A stretch of 64,000 bases of DNA from a virus, in IMG/VR virus record IMGVR_UViG_3300025705_000581. The stretch is one strand, 5' to 3'. The notes under the pieces were generated by a model. It saw nothing but the letters and a program-made list of their open reading frames with translations, was not told where the DNA came from and searched no databases. Numbering within the stretch: the first letter of the stretch is position 1; each line of letters begins with the position of its first letter. Shown here in pieces: positions 57,256 to 64,000 of this stretch. Both the position numbers and the translations under genes were made by a program.

Positions 57256-58023
57256 ATGTCTTTTAACATATCAAAATTCAAATCAAATATGGACCGTTAC
57301 GGTGGACCTGCCCATACCTCATTATTTGAAGTTCAAATCATTCCACCCGGTGTTAGAATTGAATCAGGATTAACACCAAGGGAACTTACATTCTTTTGTA
57401 AAACCGCGGCAGTACCAGGTTTAACCGTAAGAACAGAAACACTTGAACAAGTTGGCCAATTGCCAAAACAGTTTCCTGTAGGAATGGATAACCAACAATT
57501 TAATACAATCTTTATGCTTGACTCCGACCACGCCGTTGTGAGTTATTTCCACTCATGGATACAGTCAGTTGTAAATTATGGTTCAAAAGGTGGATCCTTT
57601 GCTGAGGTTGATGGGCAACTGCCATATGAGGTGGGATATAAAGATGAGTATTCATGCCGAATGATTATCAAATATTATTCAACACGCGGTAACATTGAAA
57701 CTTATTATGAGACAATTCTTGACGGATGTTATCCAACAGTTATTGGTGATATTGATTTGGCATGGGAAAACAATGACAGCTTTGGCACATTACCTGTTGC
57801 GTTTGCATACGATCGCATTGCGTTTAGTGGAGAAAAGGTCGGTTTGGTTGGAACACTTGAACGGTTTGGACGAGGCGCAGGATTGTTATCATTACTCGAA
57901 TCAGTAGGCAGCATTGGCCAAACAATTCAACAAGGTATAAGACCTGTTGGCATTCAAGATGCAATTAATAGGTTTACTAAAGTAAGAAGCGATTTCGATA
58001 ATATATCAAAAATATTTAGATAA
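57256..58023 (+). CDS. gp54: Baseplate tail-tube initiator (gp54, gp19-fold)
   Basis: FNISKFKS...GGPAHTSLFEV...LTFFCKTAAVPG...CYPTVIGDIDLAWENND...LPVAFAY. Confidence 0.75.
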   Translation: MSFNISKFKSNMDRYGGPAHTSLFEVQIIPPGVRIESGLTPRELTFFCKTAAVPGLTVRTETLEQVGQLPKQFPVGMDNQQFNTIFMLDSDHAVVSYFHSWIQSVVNYGSKGGSFAEVDGQLPYEVGYKDEYSCRMIIKYYSTRGNIETYYETILDGCYPTVIGDIDLAWENNDSFGTLPVAFAYDRIAFSGEKVGLVGTLERFGRGAGLLSLLESVGSIGQTIQQGIRPVGIQDAINRFTKVRSDFDNISKIFR

Positions 58024-58040
58024 TAAGAGGACAATAAATT

Positions 58041-58742
58041 ATGACACTACCAAAAATTGATTTACCGATTTATGAGATGGAATTGCCATCAACCGGTGAA
58101 ACTGTTAAGTACCGTCCCTTCACGGTTAAAGAAGAAAAGATTCTATTAGTTGCTCAAGCATCTAAAGATAGTACACAAGAAATGGTTGCATCAAAGCAAA
58201 TCGTAAATAACTGTTTGATTGACTATGATGTTATGAAATTAGCAATGTTTGATCTTGAGCTCATTCTATTGACGTTGAGATCAAAATCTGTTGATAACTT
58301 AATTGAAATGCAGATCACTGATCCTGATACAGACGAAACTGTTGATATTTCAATTGATTTGATGGACACTGAAGTTATTAAAAATGATAAGCATAGTAAC
58401 CAAGTTAAGATCAATGATGATTACACATTAATTCTAAAGTATCCTTCGATTGATGAGTATATTAGAATTACTGAAATGGATGAAGATGATCCATTGGTAT
58501 CATATCAAATTATGGTTTCCTGTTTGGATAAAGTTGCATCGGAAGATGAAGTTTATGAGTTCAAAAAGTATTCGCAAAAAGAAATAGATCAATTCATGGA
58601 AGATGTGACAACCCCGGTAGTTGATGGTATTAGATTATTTTTTGAAACAATGCCAAAGATAAGACACACTAAAACATACAAGAATAAAAACGGCGACACT
58701 AAAAACTTTGTAATAGAAGGAATGCGAAGTTTTTTTACATAA
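58041..58742 (+). CDS. gp26: Baseplate hub assembly protein gp26
   Basis: MTLPKIDLPIYEMELPSTGETVKYRPFTVKEEKILL...DLELILLTLRSKSV...FFETMPKI. Confidence 0.92.
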   Translation: MTLPKIDLPIYEMELPSTGETVKYRPFTVKEEKILLVAQASKDSTQEMVASKQIVNNCLIDYDVMKLAMFDLELILLTLRSKSVDNLIEMQITDPDTDETVDISIDLMDTEVIKNDKHSNQVKINDDYTLILKYPSIDEYIRITEMDEDDPLVSYQIMVSCLDKVASEDEVYEFKKYSQKEIDQFMEDVTTPVVDGIRLFFETMPKIRHTKTYKNKNGDTKNFVIEGMRSFFT

Positions 58743-58906
58743 TGTTGTGCCATTCATCACTGAGCGAATATTACCAAACGATGTTTGCTCTGGTTCAACA
58801 TCATAAGTATTCTATATCAGATATTGAAAGTTTGGTACCGTATGAAAAAGAATTATATTTTACAATGTTAATTGAGTTCATGGAAAAGCAAAACGAGAAT
58901 AGGTAA
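58742..58906 (+). CDS. gp51: Baseplate hub assembly catalyst gp51, 54 aa (below track cutoff)
   Basis: MLCHSSLSEYYQTMFALVQHHKYSISDIESLVPYEKELYFTMLIEFMEKQNENR*; TAATG overlap with the gp26 stop. Confidence 0.88.
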   Translation: MLCHSSLSEYYQTMFALVQHHKYSISDIESLVPYEKELYFTMLIEFMEKQNENR

Positions 58907-58911
58907 GAAAC

Positions 58912-61011
58912 ATGGCTAGAGAATATTCCAAAGATACAGAAGCAATCATCCAAAGGCTTAGGGATGAAGGTGACCTGATCCGTGATAGTGGAACAAATTC
59001 ATTAAAAACAGTCGGTTCAAAACTCGACAAGTTTGGTGATGTTTTCAAATCAATTAATAATGGAATACAAGCTCAAAGCGTAATGCTAAAGCAAGCACAA
59101 GGTATAGCGGAAGAACAATACGAGTATACAAAAAGACAACGGGATTTTGATGATTTAAAATCAGAAAAGATTGCTACTGATACTCGTAAGAATGCCGAAG
59201 ACCGTGACGCAAAATTAATTGACGGTGTTACAAAGGCATTTAACTTAGGTAACCTTACCAAATTACTTGTAGGTGGTGCAGGACTTGCTGCCGCAGGCCT
59301 TATAGGTAAAGGGTTTATAGATGAAAAATTTCCTAATGCATTTGACGGTATGGGCGATATAGTCACGGAATTAAAAACTTCTGTTGAAGGTTTGAATACA
59401 GCAGCATCTGAGTTGTCACGAACTGTTAATGAAGTAAAAAATGATATTGAATCATTTAAAAATAGTATAGCCGTGCAGCTTGCCATCGCATTGGCCAGTA
59501 TTCCCTTAGGATTTGCTGTTACCAGAGGTCTTGCTAAAGGTATACCAGCAGGTGTAACGGCATATCGTGGTGCAAGGCAAGGTGATGCTGGTTTAGCACA
59601 AGCGAAGGCAATTAAAGAAGCACAAGAGCGAGCAGCGAAAGAAGCAGCAGAAGCAGCGGCAAAACAAGCAGCAGAAGTTGCAGCAAGAGAAGCAGCAGAA
59701 GCAGCAGCTAAGAGAGCAGCTCAATCTGCTGCATCTGATGATAGGTTAATAGCAATCGCGGCACAGCAGGCAGCAGACGTAGCGGCAAGAGAAGCAGCAG
59801 AAGCAGCAGCCCGTAAAACGGCGGCAATCACAGCATCAGTCGCAGCACAAGAAGCAGCATATGCTGCTGCCGCTGGTCCTAATAGAATTCAACCACCGCT
59901 ATTAAATAAAAGCCCGACCGGAATGTTTAATTCACCAGACGCATTGCCCAATATTAGGGTTGAAGAGATGGGTAATGGAACCATTAGATATCGAGATATG
60001 GGTAAAAATGGAACATTTATGCGAAGGGATGTGGCAGTCCAACGACTAGCAGCTGCAGGACTTGGACCTGACGGTTTACCAGATTATAGCAGAACATCTC
60101 GGCCTCCACGTGTTGGCCCAAGAACAGGTGATGCTGGTTTGACAGAGACAAGAAGAATGTTAGCCCAAGGAGCACGGGACGGTGCAGATCTTTTAGCAAA
60201 TGCCGACAAAGGTTTGATACGAAAAATGGTTGGAACTGAAACCAAGAAAATTGCGTTAAAATGGATTCCTGCTGTCGGTGCAGTTGTAGGTATTGGGTTT
60301 GCAGCATATAGTCTTTTCATAGGAGATTATACATCCGCCGGTTTAGAAACAGTCGGTGTAGCATTCCCTAGTATTACTGGTATTGCTGCTGATGTAGCCG
60401 CAGCTACTACTTCAATCTTTTTCCATGTTGGCGGAGTAGGTCCTTATAACCAATTCAACCCAGCACACCGTGCACTATATATGGAAATTGCTAGGCAGTT
60501 GCGAGATTCAATTGATAAGTACATGGAAGAAAGAGCAAGGGCAAAAGCACAACGAGCATCGGAACCTTCACCTGCTGAGCGTTTGGCAATGGAAGCACAA
60601 ATTCAGTATAGCAATATGGCTCATGAAAGACAAGATACTTATTATGAAAGAAATGAAAGCGGAGGATTTTTAGGAATGCGCCGTTACTCGATATATAATT
60701 CTTCAGGACAATTTCTTCGTTATTCACGCTCAAAACCTGATGGTACTACATCTATGGATGGTTTCCGTATTAATCAAGCAAGGAATAATTATTACCCATC
60801 AGCACAGCGCCAAATGGCACGAGCACAAATGGTTGCAGCAGGTGCAATAGGCTCAGGCGGACAAGTTAATGTTCATATGGGTGATACCGTAAACGCGCCA
60901 ATGTCTTATACCGAAGGTGCAAGTTCCATGGCAAATGTTAGAGTGAACGGTGGTGGCGGAGGCGGTGCTACCGATGATCCGTTTAGTAATTTGCCACCAG
61001 GTATTAATTAA
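58912..61011 (+). CDS. Baseplate hub/tail-length determinant (gp29-like tape measure), 699 aa
   Basis: Follows gp26-gp51; long helical Ala-rich protein; KWIPAVGAVVGIGFAAYSLFIGDYTSAGLE segment typical of marine T4-like gp29. Confidence 0.6.
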   Translation: MAREYSKDTEAIIQRLRDEGDLIRDSGTNSLKTVGSKLDKFGDVFKSINNGIQAQSVMLKQAQGIAEEQYEYTKRQRDFDDLKSEKIATDTRKNAEDRDAKLIDGVTKAFNLGNLTKLLVGGAGLAAAGLIGKGFIDEKFPNAFDGMGDIVTELKTSVEGLNTAASELSRTVNEVKNDIESFKNSIAVQLAIALASIPLGFAVTRGLAKGIPAGVTAYRGARQGDAGLAQAKAIKEAQERAAKEAAEAAAKQAAEVAAREAAEAAAKRAAQSAASDDRLIAIAAQQAADVAAREAAEAAARKTAAITASVAAQEAAYAAAAGPNRIQPPLLNKSPTGMFNSPDALPNIRVEEMGNGTIRYRDMGKNGTFMRRDVAVQRLAAAGLGPDGLPDYSRTSRPPRVGPRTGDAGLTETRRMLAQGARDGADLLANADKGLIRKMVGTETKKIALKWIPAVGAVVGIGFAAYSLFIGDYTSAGLETVGVAFPSITGIAADVAAATTSIFFHVGGVGPYNQFNPAHRALYMEIARQLRDSIDKYMEERARAKAQRASEPSPAERLAMEAQIQYSNMAHERQDTYYERNESGGFLGMRRYSIYNSSGQFLRYSRSKPDGTTSMDGFRINQARNNYYPSAQRQMARAQMVAAGAIGSGGQVNVHMGDTVNAPMSYTEGASSMANVRVNGGGGGGATDDPFSNLPPGIN

Positions 61012-62401
61012 ATATCTTTTTAATTTGATTATCAATTGCAGTTTGCGGATCATTAATATATTGGTTTATATTAAATAGATCTTTGAGCTCATTCAGGATT
61101 TCAATCCTTACTGAATCATTATCGTTAAAGTATTTAATTCTTTCATCAATATCCCACGCATTAGCGACTAACAGTTTTTCTTGAATATGTTTAGGTATTT
61201 GTAAACAATCAGGATCATATTGTGTATCAAGAAATGGTATAATATCGGAATAGGCATATAGTACAGGTCTAAAGTTTAGTGAGTCATTAATTGACACGCA
61301 TCTAAAAATCATTCCATACTTATATCTTTTTGTTTTATCATTGACCTCGGACGGAAGCAATGCTTCTTTATAATTTTTATGTTCTATAACATTATTATAT
61401 AGTTCTGTAAATGCAGCAGTTTCTTTAAGAGTTGTTTCCGCTCGTTCTGATCTACCGTCCTTTGATTTATTAATACCATTCTTTCTTAATGGAATATAAT
61501 AAGAACAATCATCGGATTTGACATCCTTTAGAAACTTATCCCAAATAAATCTCCTACTGCCTTTGTCCTGAAATAACGTACCAGCAAAAAACATATTATG
61601 AGTTTTCTTAACTTCATCATCAAAGAAACTATCGAGTGTTTTTGGTTTAAATTTTTCATCATAGATAATATGCTGTAATTGTGATATATCAAGTTGTTGA
61701 AAGTTTCTTGTACCACGTGTATCATCGGCAAAATAAAACAGTTTCGTTTTAATTCCCATTTTATCAAAGTACGGTGTATAGATTGCAGGATCAATTGAAA
61801 AGGCAATCAATTCTTTATTCAATTTATTTACTTTATTGATATATCCAATACACTCCATAAACCAAAAGTAATCTTTTGTACTAAACGCATATGGTGATAC
61901 ACGCTTATCCCAATTAGAAGTCATATCGGTATTCATTTCATCAATTTTTTGCATTATATCAGAATCAGTACCAATATAATCAAAGAATTCGTTTTGCATA
62001 TTATACAGGAATTCAGAATATTCTTTACCGCAAAACCTTTGTAATGGCAGCCTGAAGAAATCATCAGTACCTAAAATGATATGGTCAACAACAGGTAAAT
62101 CAACAAAACTATCATCCAACCAAGAACGCATTGTAATTGCATTCTTTTCCTTATAGTCAGGTCCGTTACCTTCTTTTCTTAAAAGGCTATCGGTAGCACC
62201 ACGTTGGAGTTCATAGTAATTATCAGTGAGGCCGCAACCTGCACCGATTGTAATAATATTATATTTGTCTTTAATGTTTTCTTTTACAATACGAGCTGGA
62301 CCGTAGATGTGCGTATAGGAATTATGATTTCCTTTATCCATAAAAATAACAGTTGGTTTACTCTCATCAATAATAAGATTACCCATCAATTTAAAAATCA
62401 T
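61004..62401 (-). CDS. GT-B glycosyltransferase-like protein, 465 aa, resembling T4 DNA beta-glucosyltransferase
   Basis: GAGGTG SD; C-terminal half KKTHNMFFAGTLFQDKGSRR...NDSLNFRP...IPFLDTQYD...LLVANAWDIDERIKYF matches my recollection of T4 BGT; CDS certain, function inferred. Confidence 0.55.
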   Translation of the reverse strand: MIFKLMGNLIIDESKPTVIFMDKGNHNSYTHIYGPARIVKENIKDKYNIITIGAGCGLTDNYYELQRGATDSLLRKEGNGPDYKEKNAITMRSWLDDSFVDLPVVDHIILGTDDFFRLPLQRFCGKEYSEFLYNMQNEFFDYIGTDSDIMQKIDEMNTDMTSNWDKRVSPYAFSTKDYFWFMECIGYINKVNKLNKELIAFSIDPAIYTPYFDKMGIKTKLFYFADDTRGTRNFQQLDISQLQHIIYDEKFKPKTLDSFFDDEVKKTHNMFFAGTLFQDKGSRRFIWDKFLKDVKSDDCSYYIPLRKNGINKSKDGRSERAETTLKETAAFTELYNNVIEHKNYKEALLPSEVNDKTKRYKYGMIFRCVSINDSLNFRPVLYAYSDIIPFLDTQYDPDCLQIPKHIQEKLLVANAWDIDERIKYFNDNDSVRIEILNELKDLFNINQYINDPQTAIDNQIKKIFN

Positions 62402-62418
62402 TTATCACCTCACATAGT

Positions 62419-62442
62419 AAAAGAAAAGGGCCGTAGCCCTTC
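62419..62442 (-). terminator. Rho-independent terminator with UACG tetraloop
   Basis: Minus strand AAGGGC-TACG-GCCCTT-TTCTTTT directly after the 72-aa gene stop. Confidence 0.8.
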
Positions 62443-62446
62443 TCAG

Positions 62447-62665
62447 TTATTCCTTATTTGAAACAAACGAATACATCTCTGTAGCTTTTTTCGTGAGCTC
62501 CTCGACTGAATATAGTTCAGTCATCTTTTGATATTCTTCAAATTGAATTTGACCTAATTCCATCATTTTGGCTGCATAGATATGGTTAGTTTCATGGATT
62601 TGATCCATATACTCTTTAGCCATCTGCAACATATCAGCACGAATTTCAAAAGGATTTTTACTCAT
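62447..62665 (-). CDS. Conserved phage hypothetical protein, 72 aa
   Basis: MSKNPFEIRADMLQMAKEYM...EELTKKATEMYSFVS; TAATG-coupled to the upstream gene. Confidence 0.8.
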   Translation of the reverse strand: MSKNPFEIRADMLQMAKEYMDQIHETNHIYAAKMMELGQIQFEEYQKMTELYSVEELTKKATEMYSFVSNKE

Positions 62666-62874
62666 TATTTTACTACCTTTGCAAAAGTTTCACCTGACGC
62701 ATTAGCAAATTCGCTCATTGATTTAACAGCGGTTTTGGTAAAAGCTGTTTGAGCTTCAATAAAGGCATGCAAAGGTGCAGACAGTTTCTCGTCTTTTACC
62801 AATGTGTCAACCATTGTTTTCTTTGTAGACTGGACATGGTCAATCCAATAATTAGTTGTAAAATCATTTAGCAT
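62665..62874 (-). CDS. Small amphipathic helical protein, possibly phasin-like, 69 aa
   Basis: AGGAG SD; IDHVQSTKKTMVDTLV...FIEAQTAFTKTAVKSM; phasin similarity is recollection only. Confidence 0.6.
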   Translation of the reverse strand: MLNDFTTNYWIDHVQSTKKTMVDTLVKDEKLSAPLHAFIEAQTAFTKTAVKSMSEFANASGETFAKVVK

Positions 62875-62893
62875 TTTAGTTCTCCTGTGTGTG

Positions 62894-63088
62894 TTATCCG
62901 CCTCCTGCGAAGCGGTCTTTTGGTTTATACCAATTCTTTTGATGAAAGATTTTAGCTCTAAGATTTGTAATATCTTCTATTTCAAATCCTATTGTACCAG
63001 TGCGTTGCATTTGCAATAGCAATAGTGCTTCATCAATAATATTTATATCGTCAACATCTAAGTTAAAACTTGTATTAGGTTTTACCAT
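62894..63088 (-). CDS. Small hypothetical protein, 64 aa, resembling an alphaproteobacterial family
   Basis: NTSFNLDVDDINIIDEAL...KIFHQKNWYKPK...GG; TAATG-coupled to pseudoazurin. Confidence 0.7.
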   Translation of the reverse strand: MVKPNTSFNLDVDDINIIDEALLLLQMQRTGTIGFEIEDITNLRAKIFHQKNWYKPKDRFAGGG

Positions 63089-63519
63089 TACAGATCAGCC
63101 AATAGCTCCTCGAGTTTTTTCTTTGATTTACCTTTTACTTTGACACCTTTTAGACGATCCTTTACTACTTCAGGATCTGTGCCGCCTACGATAACAATAG
63201 CAATCATCCCCATTGTTTTGTGTGGTGAACATTGGTACAAGTAAACACCTGGTGTATTAAACGTCATTTCAACTTCTTCGTTGAGTTTTGATTTCTTTGG
63301 TGCTTTCCAACCATCTGGTCCTGCAACAAATTCTACATTGTGACCTTTTGATGTTGGTACCCAGGTAATTGTATCACCTACATCAATACGAGAAATGTCT
63401 TCGCTATACACCATTTTTGCGCCATCGTCACGTTTATTCAACATTTCAATAGTCATATCTTCAGCATATGCCGTTGTTGCGAAAAGAGCCATAAGGCTAG
63501 CAGTAATTAGATTTTTCAT
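63088..63519 (-). CDS. paz: Pseudoazurin (periplasmic type-1 blue copper electron carrier) with Sec signal peptide
   Basis: Signal MKNLITASLMALFATTAYA; mature EDMTIEMLNK...MVY...GDTITWVP..KGHNVE...TPGVYLYQCSPHKTMGMIAIVIVG (His, Cys-x2-His-x4-Met), plus the C-terminal helices of pseudoazurins. Confidence 0.93.
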   Translation of the reverse strand: MKNLITASLMALFATTAYAEDMTIEMLNKRDDGAKMVYSEDISRIDVGDTITWVPTSKGHNVEFVAGPDGWKAPKKSKLNEEVEMTFNTPGVYLYQCSPHKTMGMIAIVIVGGTDPEVVKDRLKGVKVKGKSKKKLEELLADL

Positions 63520-63546
63520 TTTTTTCCTATCTTTACTTCTTTACAT

Positions 63547-63726
63547 TCATAGTGATCTTGTTCCATAATAGGAACGGTAAACTTCAGCAAGTTCTTGTTG
63601 GTTAGTCGACTCCTGAACAACATAGTCAGTCTTATCAACTTGTGTTCCATCAGCAATTGCAATAGCATCTTCTTTGCGTGATGCTATAGCAATAATTTCA
63701 CCGTCTTTTTTCCTAACGATATGCAT
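63547..63726 (-). CDS. Small hypothetical protein, 59 aa (start MHIVRKK)
   Basis: ATG at 63726 overlaps the upstream stop (TAATG); the track's MFWSEL extension lies inside the upstream gene. Confidence 0.7.
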   Translation of the reverse strand: MHIVRKKDGEIIAIASRKEDAIAIADGTQVDKTDYVVQESTNQQELAEVYRSYYGTRSL

Positions 63727-63899
63727 TAATTCAGACCAAAACAAGGCAAATGGATTGCCATATTACAATACTTAGCATAGTCTTCAACACCAACCATTGC
63801 TAATGTTATTAACACAGGCAAAGCAGTTAGCATAAGCACGATAATCAATAATGCCCAACCAAGTCCTTTAGTTGTGCAATAGTTTGTTTGTTCACTCAT
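63726..63899 (-). CDS. Small membrane protein, 57 aa, three Cys (below track cutoff)
   Basis: GGAGA SD; MSEQTNYCTTKGLGWALLIIVLMLTALPVLITLAMVGVEDYAKYCNMAIHLPCFGLN*; one long hydrophobic span. Confidence 0.75.
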   Translation of the reverse strand: MSEQTNYCTTKGLGWALLIIVLMLTALPVLITLAMVGVEDYAKYCNMAIHLPCFGLN

Positions 63900-64000
63900 C
63901 GTCTATCTCCCAATAACGAACATAAAAATGATCCCCACATGCGTCAATCTCTGCCTGTGGATAACCTTCGCTCAACAACCATTCTAATGTATTGTTTTTC
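63892..64000 (-). CDS. C-terminal part of a small phage hypothetical protein (5' end outside the window)
   Basis: ...KNNTLEWLLSEGYPQAEIDACGDHFYVRYWEIDDE*; stop overlaps the next start. Confidence 0.65.
   Translation of the reverse strand, partial: KNNTLEWLLSEGYPQAEIDACGDHFYVRYWEIDDE

Noticed and set aside
63727-63744. MFWSEL N-terminal extension of the track's 65-aa ORF
   Set aside because: Lies within the upstream 57-aa gene; the ATG at 63726 in a TAATG overlap is the better start
63726-63899. Resemblance to PufX (KGLGWA versus KGAGWA)
   Set aside because: Only a 6-residue match, the N-terminal region and Cys pattern do not fit, and no puf genes are nearby
1-64000. tRNA, rRNA, integrase or transposase
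   Set aside because: Intergenic gaps are under about 110 bp, and no cloverleaf, terminal inverted repeats or recombinase motifs were recognised

Overview
A 64-kb segment of a large T4-like myophage genome, of the kind found in marine waters; no host DNA, rRNA, tRNA, CRISPR or IS element is recognisable. Most of the window (1-56127) is a minus-strand late operon: gp48, a two-part gp53, hub, gp5, an M15 peptidase, gp25, gp6, gp7, a gp9-like protein, an S8 protease, gp8 and VrlC/DUF4815. It continues into about 35 kb of very large repeat-built fibre/virion proteins. These include a 3666-aa repeat protein, a 1581-aa Gly-X-Gln collagen with a blue-copper-like domain and S74 chaperone, and a fibre of at least 2783 aa that the ORF track missed (GTG start, runs off the left edge). 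A divergent plus-strand unit (gp4, gp2, gp54, gp26, gp51, gp29-like) follows. T4 late promoters (TATAAATA) mark the operon starts. The right end (61004-64000) is an accessory region. It holds an AT-rich gene resembling T4 DNA beta-glucosyltransferase and a coupled cluster of small genes, including a complete secreted pseudoazurin, which points to an alphaproteobacterial (probably Rhodobacterales) host. All product calls come from motif recognition by eye, not database searches.
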